NCBI GenBank assembly: GCA_009778475.1
Contig: WRJS01000002.1
Location: 3,836 to 67,835, forward strand
Reading direction: 5' to 3'
DNA length: 64,000 nucleotides
DNA from: Kiritimatiellota bacterium
GTDB lineage: Bacteria; Verrucomicrobiota; Kiritimatiellia; RFP12; UBA1067
Shown: positions 1 through 11,500 of the stretch, piece after piece
Position numbering within the stretch: position 1 is the stretch's first letter
Layout of the letters: the number at the start of each line of letters is the position of its first letter
The notes under the pieces: generated by a model
Databases searched by the model: none
Told to the model about the DNA's origin: nothing
The model's input: the letters and a program-made list of their open reading frames with translations, nothing else
Program-made: the position numbers and the translations under genes

Positions 1-426
1 CAGCTGCTGTTCGGCTTTGTGCTGGCGGAGGAGAAGGCGATGTTCGAGCGTCTCATCACCATCAGTGGCGTGGGCCCCAAGACCGCGCTGGGCATCCTGA
101 GCGGTCTGACCGTGACGGAGTTGACGGCGGCGATCGCGGACGGCGACGTGAAGCGCGTTAGCACCATCCGGGGTATCGGGAAGAAGACGGCAGAGCGTCT
201 GATTGTCGAGCTGCGCGACAAGGTGAATCCCTTGGAGGCGATGGCGGCGCGGACGGCTGGCGGCGGCGACCCTGCCGTGGCGATGTTGCGCGACACCGTC
301 CTTGCGCTGACCCAGCTCGGCTTCCCGCAAGATCAGGCGCGTAAGATGGCGCAAGCGGCGCTGGATGCCGATGCGTCCATCCGTGACGCGGAGACGCTCC
401 TGCGCAAATCCCTCAGTAGCAAGTGA
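1..426 (+). CDS. ruvA: Holliday junction DNA helicase RuvA (C-terminal part; 5' end outside window)
   Basis: Translation in frame 1 reads ...ITISGVGPKTALGILSG...IRGIGKKTAERLIVEL, the two helix-hairpin-helix motifs of RuvA domain II, followed by a C-terminal domain III-like tail. No start codon is present in the window. Confidence 0.85.
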   Translation, partial: QLLFGFVLAEEKAMFERLITISGVGPKTALGILSGLTVTELTAAIADGDVKRVSTIRGIGKKTAERLIVELRDKVNPLEAMAARTAGGGDPAVAMLRDTVLALTQLGFPQDQARKMAQAALDADASIRDAETLLRKSLSSK

Positions 427-822
427 AGCTTAGCCACTGATGCAATACGATACAGGCCCTTTTTAACCGCAGACGGCGCACATTACTGTCTTTTTGAATG
501 GATTGAGCCTAGGCAATATCTCCGTATCCCGTTCGCGTGATTTAACCTTGCGTTGTCATACAATGCCTCAAAAGATCGGGAGCCGTGCCGTTGTATTATG
601 GAGTGCGCGGCTTGCCGCCGCTTTTCCAATGGGGGCTTTCCCCGAAGGCGCCCGGGTGCCCCCCCGCCGGGCGCCGGCACATCTATTCCCTTGACGGGAG
701 CAGCGTTGGCCACCGCCTCTTCAGGCCCTCCCCCCGTGCCCCCCCGAAGACTGCGGGACACAGGCGGGGGCGCCGTCTTGTGCCTTGTTCAAGGCAAAAA
801 ATAGGCGATAATCGCACAGACA

Positions 823-1134
823 TTATTTCGGTGTAGCAAGTTCTGCGCCGATCTCGACACATCGGGCGCAGGGGGTCTTGCCCATCGAGCGGATTTCCTT
901 GCAGAACTCCGACCCCGCCTGTTCTCTAAATGTCGCCTTAATCGCCGCATGGCGTTCCGCGGGCGACAGCAACAATGCCACATGGAGCGCACCGCAACGT
1001 CCTTCGGGCGACCTCCCGCCGCCGTTTGCTTTGAGTGGCTCGAGCAAGTCCTCCCGTCCACACCCTGCCGCAACGGCTTGCGCACAATTATGTGTCTTGG
1101 GGATTCGTGAATAGATCTCGACAGCTCTGTTCAT
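823..1134 (-). CDS. small C_GCAxxG_C_C-family (putative redox-active) protein
   Basis: 103 aa containing NCAQAVAAGCG and GRCGALHVALLL plus C-terminal Cys pairs, as recalled for the C_GCAxxG_C_C family. Its start overlaps the ogt stop by 4 nt (ATGA coupling). Confidence 0.5.
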   Translation of the reverse strand: MNRAVEIYSRIPKTHNCAQAVAAGCGREDLLEPLKANGGGRSPEGRCGALHVALLLSPAERHAAIKATFREQAGSEFCKEIRSMGKTPCARCVEIGAELATPK

Positions 1135-1676
1135 GTTCGCGTTCCTTTCAAATGAAAAAACTGTGGCATATCGGCGCCTTCGAGTTCGAGCAGTTTAATT
1201 TTTTTGTCAATGCCGCCAGCGTAGCCGGTCAGGCTGCCGTTAGAGCCGACGACGCGGTGGCAGGGGATGATGATGGAGATGGGGTTGTGGCCGACAGCGC
1301 CGCCCACGGCTCGGGCGGAGATGGCCGCTTTCTTCATCTTCTGTGCCATCTTCTTGGCGATGTCGCTGTAGGTGGTGGTTTTGCCGTAGGGGATTTCACG
1401 CAAGATGTTCCATACGCCCTGACGGAACGCGCCTCCGATCGGGGCTAACGGCAATTCCGGAATGGCGGGTTTCTTGCCCGCGAAATACCTGTCCAGCCAT
1501 TTTCTGGCAACGGCGAATATCGGCATATCATCCCTCTCTTCCATTGCCCCCGGGATAGTGTCGCCATGATATTTTTGCGGGTTCAGCCACAGGCCGACAA
1601 GGTTGTCGTCACTGTCACACGCCAGTGTCATGCCCCCTATGGGCGAGGTGTAGAGCGTTGAGTAGTACATTTTCAA
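1131..1676 (-). CDS. ogt: methylated-DNA--protein-cysteine methyltransferase (O6-alkylguanine-DNA alkyltransferase)
   Basis: IPCHRVV active-site motif and a typical MGMT C-terminal DNA-binding domain. The track start is TTG; the first ATG is 2 codons downstream (MYYSTLY...). Confidence 0.85.
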   Translation of the reverse strand: MKMYYSTLYTSPIGGMTLACDSDDNLVGLWLNPQKYHGDTIPGAMEERDDMPIFAVARKWLDRYFAGKKPAIPELPLAPIGGAFRQGVWNILREIPYGKTTTYSDIAKKMAQKMKKAAISARAVGGAVGHNPISIIIPCHRVVGSNGSLTGYAGGIDKKIKLLELEGADMPQFFHLKGTRT

Positions 1677-1845
1677 AACGGTTTTCCTTGCACATAAAAC
1701 ACGATATTATTTTTACACATTGCCGTCGGATATGTCAATGAGGCAAGTGATTTTTTTAACGGCAACCGCTAAACATCATTTTGCTTGCCCTTGATTCTTT
1801 TGAGGTGTTAAGATATTCTTTTTCAAGCTCTATTAGGAGAAAAAT

Positions 1846-2955
1846 ATGTTGGTCATATTTTACACCCCAAGTTTTCGTTCGGCGGCCGGTTTGGCTGTTC
1901 TGGCGATTTGCTATGCAACGGTTGCCTTTGGGGGTTGGGCCGCAAATGTCTTCGACCACTCGGAAGGTCGTTCTTTTTCCCGCTTCCCTGTGTCTATTTA
2001 TTATGAGCCGGGAAAAGGGGATTTTACGACATTCGGGGAGGCGGTTGAGGCATTGAAAGGCAATAACAACATACAGCGGCTGGGGGAAGTCACGTTGCAG
2101 CACTTCTTCGTGTATGATTCCGTGTTTCAGCAGGAGTTTTGCGCCGCGCTCGAAAAACTTGCGCCCCGTGAGTTTGCCGAAGCCAAACGTTCGGCGGGCA
2201 ATATGCACAACCCGAAAATGATCGCACTCCGTGGGTTCTTCGGGCAAGCCGTGTTGGCAACGCCGACAGTCCAGAACATCAATGCGAAACTTGCGCCGTT
2301 CGATCTGCGGGTGACGGAAGCGGATGCTGGCGAGAAAATCTATTTTGACCGCATCGAGGAGCAGTTGCATTTCCACTGTTATTTTCGCCTCACCATTGCA
2401 CGCATCAATGAAACGCCATCCGCACAGAATAAGGTTCCGGACGCTGAAAACCCCATCGTTGTTGCCGCGCGGCGCCAAGTCGGCAAGACGCTTGCGTATG
2501 ACTCCGGGTATGTCCGCCTGACGTATCCGATGGGGGACATCCCCATTGAGCGAGGGGTCTGCACGGATGTGGTCATCCGCGCCTTGCGCGATGCATTGAA
2601 GATGGATTTGCAGCAGTTGGTCCACGAGGACATGACCTCCTCCTTCTCAGCCTATCCCAACAATTGGGGGCTTAAGCAACCGGACAGGAATATCGACCAT
2701 CGCCGAGTGCCGAACCTCAAAAAATATTTCGAGCGCAAGGGCTTTTCGGTTGCGGTTTCAAAAAAGCCGGGGGACTACCTGCCCGGCGATCTTGTGACCT
2801 GCACTGTGGCGGGGAACCGACCGCACATCATGATTGTGAGCGACAAGAAAACGCCCAAAGGCGTTCCCCTTGTTATCCACAACATCGGCCGTGGCACGCA
2901 AGAAGAAGACCGTCTTTTCTCTTTTCCGCTTACAGGGCATTATCGCATTAAATGA
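1846..2955 (+). CDS. DUF1287-domain protein with an N-terminal extra domain
   Basis: The C-terminal half shows ERGVCTDVVIRALRD...VHEDM...YPNNWGL...PDRNIDHRRVPNL...PGDLV...VIHNIG, the remembered signature of the DUF1287 family. The N-terminus has a hydrophobic segment. An AT-rich promoter-like region lies upstream. Confidence 0.55.
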   Translation: MLVIFYTPSFRSAAGLAVLAICYATVAFGGWAANVFDHSEGRSFSRFPVSIYYEPGKGDFTTFGEAVEALKGNNNIQRLGEVTLQHFFVYDSVFQQEFCAALEKLAPREFAEAKRSAGNMHNPKMIALRGFFGQAVLATPTVQNINAKLAPFDLRVTEADAGEKIYFDRIEEQLHFHCYFRLTIARINETPSAQNKVPDAENPIVVAARRQVGKTLAYDSGYVRLTYPMGDIPIERGVCTDVVIRALRDALKMDLQQLVHEDMTSSFSAYPNNWGLKQPDRNIDHRRVPNLKKYFERKGFSVAVSKKPGDYLPGDLVTCTVAGNRPHIMIVSDKKTPKGVPLVIHNIGRGTQEEDRLFSFPLTGHYRIK

Positions 2956-2986
2956 AGCATTTCGACGCTCGCGAGTCCTCTGTTAC

Positions 2987-4102
2987 TCATTCCTCATTTG
3001 CAAACAGCAGCGTCCCGAAGCCCGGCTGGTCGCGGTCGTGACCTTCGGGTCGGGTTTTGCCGAGGACCTGCGCGGTGTAGGGCATCGGGAGGCCTTTGCG
3101 CCCGGCGAAATGGTTGTGGGCGATTTCAAAGACGGGCATGAAGCGGCCGCGCCCGGACTCCGAGATTTCCGCCCAGCGGCAATACTTCCCCGTGACGTCC
3201 GTCCAGCGGGCGAACGGGACGTCGTGGCCGAGGTTGTAACGCGCCACATACTCGTAGCCTTTCATCAGGCGGTTGTCGAGCGCGAAGTAGAGGTCGTCAC
3301 CCTGCTGCCACGCCAACTCGCACACCGTCGCCATGGCGCCGAGGCCCAACATGCAGTGCGGCTGGTCGCGCCCGCTCTCCTGCACCTGCCCGGTCTCGCC
3401 GCTGATGTAATGCGCGATGGTCCCGTTGTCGCGGGCATGGAGGTAGAAGTCGCGGGCCTTGGCGTACATCGCCCGGTCGTCCAGGTGGATGGCCGCGGCC
3501 ATGTAGGCCTTGGTGACGACGGGGCCCCAGTTGCCGTTGGTGTACGGCTCACGCGCGTAGAAGCGCTCCATCACGGGGATGAAAATTGTCTTGAACATGC
3601 GGGCGGCGGCGGCGAGTTGCGCTGCGTCGGCACCGGGCCAAGTGTGCTTCAGCGCCTCCAGCGCATAGACTATCTTGAACCCCTCCAGTCCAGCCAGCAG
3701 GGGGGCATCGTTGGTGTCGGGAATCTCGCGCAGGGTGTCGGCATACGCGGCCAGGATGGCGAGCGACCTCTGCGCATGCGCCTCGTCGCCGGAGAGGATC
3801 CACATCAGGGCGTTCTGATAGGCCGCGCTGAAATCGGCCTCCATCTTGCCCTTGGTGTGACGGAACTCCCCGTCGCGCGAGATGGCCGCGAACGGGCCCT
3901 CCATCACATAATCAGACTGCGAGCACTTGTGCCCCGCGAGCAGGCGGTAAGAGCCGTAGGCCGGCTCCGCCTTGCCCGCCACCGACCGGCGCATCCTGTC
4001 CATGCCCTCGCGCGTGTGCAGCACACCGGGATGGGCGAACCCCTGCGCGAGCGCGGGAACGGCCGCAAGGCAGGACAGGAGGGCGATGGCAGAACGTTTC
4101 AT
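2987..4102 (-). CDS. secreted polysaccharide lyase-like protein (alginate-lyase-family-like; assignment tentative)
   Basis: Sec signal peptide MKRSAIALLSCLAAVPALA at the internal ATG (track ORF extends to 4168). An NGNWG motif resembles the NNHSYW motif of AlgL-type lyases. The overlapping + strand ORF is an Ala/Arg/Gly-rich shadow. Confidence 0.4.
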   Translation of the reverse strand: MKRSAIALLSCLAAVPALAQGFAHPGVLHTREGMDRMRRSVAGKAEPAYGSYRLLAGHKCSQSDYVMEGPFAAISRDGEFRHTKGKMEADFSAAYQNALMWILSGDEAHAQRSLAILAAYADTLREIPDTNDAPLLAGLEGFKIVYALEALKHTWPGADAAQLAAAARMFKTIFIPVMERFYAREPYTNGNWGPVVTKAYMAAAIHLDDRAMYAKARDFYLHARDNGTIAHYISGETGQVQESGRDQPHCMLGLGAMATVCELAWQQGDDLYFALDNRLMKGYEYVARYNLGHDVPFARWTDVTGKYCRWAEISESGRGRFMPVFEIAHNHFAGRKGLPMPYTAQVLGKTRPEGHDRDQPGFGTLLFANEE

Positions 4103-4124
4103 GGCAAACGATGTCCGATGGCAT

Positions 4125-4454
4125 TCATTTTGGGTAGATGAGTTTGTCCAGATACTGGATGAGCGCATCGTCCTTAATCAGATAGATGAGTGTCCTGTCT
4201 CTCGCCGTCCAGTCAGGACAGTATGAAATGGCTAATTTCGCGCCACCGATGCCGGCAACGCGAAAAGGGGTGTAATCATCCATGTTCTGCATGATGTGCC
4301 GTTTGGACACTTTCTGTGTCTCTTCATACTCGAAGCCTGTCAGGATTGTCACCTTGACGTTCCCAAAATCCCCACCCGCATAAAAATCCTCGTGGGCAGA
4401 GACAGTCCTAGACGCCAAGACAAAAACCAGCGCCAACAGATGCCTGTGTTTCAT
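4125..4454 (-). CDS. hypothetical small secreted protein (low-GC islet)
   Basis: 109 aa with an N-terminal signal peptide (MKHRHLLALVFVLASRTVSA). AT-rich codon usage unlike the flanking sequence. A 4-nt start/stop overlap with the next gene. Confidence 0.45.
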   Translation of the reverse strand: MKHRHLLALVFVLASRTVSAHEDFYAGGDFGNVKVTILTGFEYEETQKVSKRHIMQNMDDYTPFRVAGIGGAKLAISYCPDWTARDRTLIYLIKDDALIQYLDKLIYPK

Positions 4455-4753
4455 AACGTTCTTTCAACCTCTTTGGCGATTTCCAGCAGTTTTTTTCTAA
4501 TTACCTCTTCCCTCATGCAGGAATCGTCGGGTTCATATAAATCAAAATTATCGACATAATTCAAAAATGCCTCGCAAACACTAGGGGTGTCGTTTATGTT
4601 CAGAAATATCCATGTGTCCAATCCATCGAATCCGACCAAATCCTCTAGATCATATCCCGAAGGCTGTTCCTTGCCTTGGTCGATTTCGGAAACCTTGAAA
4701 TATTTTTTCAGGAGTTTAAGGGTTTCCCTGTCCCGTTTGGTCTTCTGAATCAT
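4451..4753 (-). CDS. hypothetical acidic protein (low-GC islet)
   Basis: 100-aa Asp/Glu-rich ORF, translationally coupled to 4125..4454 and immediately downstream of the HNH gene. Confidence 0.4.
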   Translation of the reverse strand: MIQKTKRDRETLKLLKKYFKVSEIDQGKEQPSGYDLEDLVGFDGLDTWIFLNINDTPSVCEAFLNYVDNFDLYEPDDSCMREEVIRKKLLEIAKEVERTL

Positions 4754-4781
4754 GTAACATACTCGCTTTCCATGATGTTTT

Positions 4782-5585
4782 TCATTTTACAAAGATGTTC
4801 TCGCGATGCCACGACAAGAACATCTGTGATGGTGGCTGTCCGTGATCAGGCATGAAAAGACATTCACCTTCGAATGCCCCGAAGTTCTGTTCAAGTAATT
4901 TTTGCTCAGAAAGCAAACTACTTAACTTGCCAGAGAGGCGAAGCCGTAAACCCTCGTCAAAAGTAACCAACCCAAGGTCGAAAGCCGCATCATGTAACCG
5001 AGAGAGGCAAATCCCGTTGCAGACATCAAGCCGATGTTCGGGATGTGTCGCCCAAGGTAATATGTGCGAAGCGATTAAAAATTCACGTACAGGAATCCGA
5101 GAAATCGCACATTGCTCCCCGTAATTATTCAGGACAACCGAACGAAAATAATCCTGCCCGCGCCGTTGCTTGATGTTCGTAACCGTCTCAGTAATGGAGG
5201 GCGGCGCAAACGTTCTTGGTGTCTTGCGAATACCCTCACGTGCCGAAACCTCGACCGTCTCATTCGCTGTCGCTTCAAAAACAGAATGTAGCAATTCCTC
5301 ACTTGTAGCAACGTTTTCTGTCGGGGAGGAGGTAAACTCATTCCACATTTCTGCGTCAAGTTTGCTTGCGCCAGGCAGTCCTGCGATACCGCGCAGTTTT
5401 AATACCGGGTCGAATGACGCAAGGTTTGAAAGCTTCATTGCTACACTAGATGGTGTTCGCCTCAATACCTGTGCAACCGCTTTCACAACCTTGTTTCGGT
5501 GGTCAAATTGCCCAAATTCAAGCTTGTGATAGATGTTTAACAAGATGAGCAGCTCGTCCCTTGTCCATTTCTTTCCAGCAGACAT
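4782..5585 (-). CDS. HNH endonuclease (HNH_2-type, restriction-endonuclease-like)
   Basis: GEQCAISRIPVREFLIASHILPWATHPEHRLDVCNGICLSRLHDAAFDLGLVTFDE is the typical PF13391-like HNH nuclease core. AT-rich. Confidence 0.7.
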   Translation of the reverse strand: MSAGKKWTRDELLILLNIYHKLEFGQFDHRNKVVKAVAQVLRRTPSSVAMKLSNLASFDPVLKLRGIAGLPGASKLDAEMWNEFTSSPTENVATSEELLHSVFEATANETVEVSAREGIRKTPRTFAPPSITETVTNIKQRRGQDYFRSVVLNNYGEQCAISRIPVREFLIASHILPWATHPEHRLDVCNGICLSRLHDAAFDLGLVTFDEGLRLRLSGKLSSLLSEQKLLEQNFGAFEGECLFMPDHGQPPSQMFLSWHRENIFVK

Positions 5586-6169
5586 CAGACCTCCGCTTCC
5601 TTCGTTTCAGTGAAGCGAGCTAATGGGCTGTTCCCTATATCCCATGTCTCTCCCACCTCAAACATATGCAATGCACGTGTTTCAATTTGCGCCAGCCATT
5701 GTTTGGCTTTCTCTGTCAAGTTGTGCGAAACCGTGAACACACACGCTTCATCAAGCGGAATCTTCATGTCTTCGCAAAATTCTTTCTGACTGTAGCAATG
5801 AAACGTGGCAGTTCCCCTTGTAGCATCCCCTGAAATATGTCCCCAGAAAAAGGATGTGTCTCCATTGTCCAAGTCACCGCCAATCTCCTCTGAGACTTTC
5901 ATCCACCGAAAGTATTGCCGATGGTCTGCATCCAAACAACCACGTTTCAGAAATGCGACCAGTTTACGGTCTGCATTTCCTTTCGGATGCTTCTCACACA
6001 AGCGCATAGCAGTTGGATGGTAGGTACGTTCCCATTTTTCACGACTGGTTTTCCACCATGCAATCGTTATGTGCGGACAGGCGCACCATTCAGCCCACAA
6101 CGAAAATTGAATCACCCGAGCAATGTCATGGGTAATCTCTTGATTGATGATTTTTTCGGTTACATTCAT
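5585..6169 (-). CDS. hypothetical protein (low-GC islet), translationally coupled to the HNH gene
   Basis: 194-aa ORF whose stop overlaps the HNH start by 1 nt. Trp/Cys-containing, no recognised motif. Confidence 0.45.
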   Translation of the reverse strand: MNVTEKIINQEITHDIARVIQFSLWAEWCACPHITIAWWKTSREKWERTYHPTAMRLCEKHPKGNADRKLVAFLKRGCLDADHRQYFRWMKVSEEIGGDLDNGDTSFFWGHISGDATRGTATFHCYSQKEFCEDMKIPLDEACVFTVSHNLTEKAKQWLAQIETRALHMFEVGETWDIGNSPLARFTETKEAEV

Positions 6170-6250
6170 ACTATTTAGAAATGGTGATGCCCCTGAAAGG
6201 GTAAGAAAATAAGTTCGTTTCCATTCTGCTTACACCTTGCAATGGCATTA

Positions 6251-6417
6251 CTAAACCTCGATGTCCCAGACGGTAGGGGTTTCGCCGCGTGCGCGGAGGA
6301 TGGGGGCGGCGATTTTCTGCAACGCCACCACAATCCGCACTTTCTCGGGCATAGGGAGTTTGCGCAACGCCTCGCGGTGAAGCGGTTTGCCGAACGGGAA
6401 CGGCGTCACGGCTCGGT

Positions 6418-6442
<25 letters not shown>
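6251..6442 (-). CDS. hypothetical small protein (or frameshifted C-terminus of the upstream gene)
   Basis: 63-aa ORF overlapping the 3' end of 6418..6921 by 25 nt in another frame. Confidence 0.25.
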
Positions 6443-8360
<1,918 letters not shown>

Positions 8361-8585
8361 TCAGAAAGTGATTATCATACCTGTTTTGCCCTGCTACCGC
8401 AAACAAAACCACAGAGGTCTCTCTATTTTTTTATCCACAGATGACAGCGTGTGTTGCCGCGAGATAAGGGTAACACCTCGAGCCTCTATGGAATGCGGCG
8501 GGTTCCCCTTTGACCTTTGTGCCTTTGTGTGAGATTATTCATCCACGTTTGGTCTCCGCGCGAAAACACCTTGGGCATGAAGGGC

Positions 8586-11500
8586 TTACTCGAAAAGAAT
8601 CTGCCCCCAGTTCTTGGGCTCGAGCTTGAGCTCGAACACGTCGTCGGCGACGATGCCGGTGGCTTGGTTGCTCCAGTGGCTGCGGAGGATGGTCTTGGCG
8701 CCTTCGGGGTCGCCGAAGGTCGCGCCGATGTCGCCGGTGTAGGTGGTGCCGGGCGCGGGGGTGAAGCCGATGTCTTTGAGGGGTATCGCGGCCTGGACGA
8801 TGTAGTCGCGGCCGGGGGTGGCCTTCACCTCGATCTTGGCGTTGTCGAGGGTCTTGACGCATTGCATCTCGTAGCCGTCGCGGATGACGCCGGAGTAGAA
8901 TTTGCGGGGGCGTTTCTCGTCGGACACGGGTTTGAACAGCACGGCGGCGGGGGTGCCTTTGAGGTTGCCGATGGAGATGCGGAGGTCGCCGAGGACGGGG
9001 GCGGTGCGCTTCCTGTCCGCGCTGGCGTCGGTGCCGAGCTGGAAGTCGACGGTGTCGCCGCGGGAGTACATCTCGGCGGCCTCGGAGGCGCCGTTGGTGG
9101 CCCAGGGGGTGGCGTCGGTGACTTTCCAGCCGAGGTAGAGCATGGCGTCGTCGTAGCCGATGGCGAACTCGACCCTGTCGGTGGGCTTCTTCTCGAATTT
9201 CATGAGCTCGCGCACGTTGAAGTCGCGGCGGATGTCGCCGGTGAAGTTGGTGACGGAGTGTTTCTTGGCGGTGGCGAGGCGCGCGCCGACGCCGGCCTGC
9301 GCGAGCTTGTCGCGGATCTCCATCACGCGGGGGAGGTCTTGGGCGGTGAGGGTGAGGGTGCCGCCTTGGAGCGCCCTCACGGTGTCGAGGCCGGTGACGC
9401 GGTGGTTGACGTAGGCGGTCTTGCCGGCCTGGAGGTAGAGGTGGCCGTCGTCGGCGATCGTGACGGAGCCGCCGAAGTCCTCCGCGCCCATGCCGGGGGG
9501 GATGTTGTCGGTGACGGCGCCGGGGACGGCGGCCTCGGGGAAACTAATCTTGGCGGCGTCGGACTCGAAAAGCTGGGTGAGGTAGAAGCCGCCCTCGGTG
9601 AGGATGTGCCACATCCCCTTGTCGGTGGCGATGACGAAGAAGTTGCCGATGGGCGCGGGGAGTTTGCCGACGCCGACGATGTCGTAGGCGGCGTTGATCA
9701 TGCCGGGCTGGGCGGGGGGGGCGTTGTGGCCGCCGTGCACGCCGACGTAGTTGTTGGGGTACGTCCATTTCAGTTTGCCGCTGGCGATGTCGTAGCAGGG
9801 GAAGTCGCTGTGGTTGACGCCGTAGTGGCCGTTGTAGAGGACGAGCGAGCCGTCGGCCGACCCGATGCCCCGTTGCGCCCCCATGCCGCCGCGCCGCTCG
9901 ATGTCCTCGGGCGCGGGCAGGCGGGTGGCCTTGGTGAGGTCGTAGCGCGGTGCGCCGCATTTCGTCCAGCCCGTGGGCGCGATGCGGTAGAGGCCGCCGT
10001 AGAACGTGAGGCCGGGGGTCATGGGCATATACCAGCCCGACACCCACCCGCCGAGTTCCACCATTTGCTCCGTGACCTCGCCGGGCTGCTCGATGCCGTC
10101 GCCGTTGGCGTCGCTCCAGATGCGGATGCCGCTGATTTTCCCGTTGGGATGGCCGTTGCCCCCGATCTTGTCCGCGAGCGCGTCGAGGCGCGCGCGGAGG
10201 CGGTAGTCGCCGGGGGCGAGGCGCTCGTAGATGTACACGGGCTGGTAGCCGTGGTAGTCGCCGCTGACCGCGACGTAGAGGCGGCCGTTGTCGCCGCGGG
10301 AGAAGCGGCAGGTGCCGCATTCGCCGCGGTGGAACACGCCGACGCATACGGCGCGACCCGTCGCCTTGTCGAGCTTCCATTCGCAGCCGCTGCCGGCCAT
10401 GACGAGCGGGTCGGCGGGCGAGATCGCGCCGCCGGGCGCGCCGTAGTGCGTGGGGCCGAAGAACTCGCGGATGAACTTGCCCGTCGCGGCGTCCCAGCAC
10501 GAGAAGCGCTTGGGGTGGTCGTCCTGCTCGGCGACCCAGAGCGTGCCGTGCTTGTCGAGGCGCACGGCCGCGATGAACCGCATCCCGTCTTTCTTCCATG
10601 GCCCGAACAGCGGGCGGCCGCCCTTCTTGCCGATGGCGCGTTTGGCCTTGCCGTCCTTGTTGAACACCTTGACCTGATTGTCGGGGTCGCGCACGCCGAC
10701 ATAGAAGTTGCCTTCCGCGTCCACGGTGAGGCACGTCGCGTTGATGATCCCCTCGATGCGCACGGCGGTCGTGCCGTCGGGCTTGACCTCGAGGACGCTC
10801 GCCTTGAACTCTTGGAACGTCGTCACGCCCTTCTTCGTCTCGAGGCGCATCTCGTCGTTCGCGAGCGCGTACAGCGTGCCGTCCGGCGCGACGGTCAGGT
10901 TGATGATGTCGCGCACGGGAATGCTCTTGGCCTGCTTGCCGGTCTTTGCGCTGAGCACGCGCACGGTGTTGCTCTGCGCGAGGTAGAGGTTGCCGTCGTA
11001 GGCGTCCAGCCCGACAAGCCCCTTGCCGACCGCCACCGTCGCGAGGCTCGAGCCCTCGAAGTTGATGTAGTCGCTCTTCGCCGTCGAGATGCGGTAGATG
11101 ACCCCGTCGTCCTGCCAGTCATAGACGTAGGCCATGCCGTTGTCGAGCGCGACGTGGGCCGCCCCGCCGAAGCCGCCGCGCTTGTGGCGCCACTTCACGT
11201 TACCCTCGAAGTCCGCGCACACGAGCGCCTTGCCCGCCTCCGAACAGTTCCAGCCCAAGTACATGCTCTCCCCGTCCGTCGCGAGTGCGCTGGGGTTGCC
11301 CATGTCGCCGCCCCAGTTGCCGCCCGGCGAGTCGTAGGGTGTCCTGCCCGCGTTGTCCGCCCACCCCACGAGGCGCAGGCCGATGCCCGTGTGGAAGATG
11401 GCCTCCCATGTGTACGCCCCCTCCGGCACGGGTTCGCCCGGCTTCAGGTGGCTCATGTTCGTCAGCCCGTCCCACGGCACGGTGTGCTTGCCCTTCGCAT

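Larger units (their letters stand above)
4103..6250. mobile_element. low-GC (about 40-45%) islet of four co-oriented, translationally coupled genes including an HNH endonuclease; putative horizontally acquired cassette
   Basis: Sharp compositional drop against the ~68% GC surroundings. The 8-mers ATGGCATT and CGATGTCC both occur at each boundary (about 4109-4125 and about 6243-6267). Confidence 0.4.

Noticed and set aside
430-822. tRNA, tmRNA, SRP RNA or RNase P gene in the ruvA downstream gap
   Set aside because: No acceptor, T-loop or CCA features, no SRP helix-8 or RNase P P4 consensus visible by eye. Only generic hairpins.
2870-4141. 423-aa + strand ORF opposite the lyase-like gene, and 1756..2625 minus ORF opposite the DUF1287 gene
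   Set aside because: The partner strands carry a signal peptide and recognisable family motifs respectively; these are shadows.
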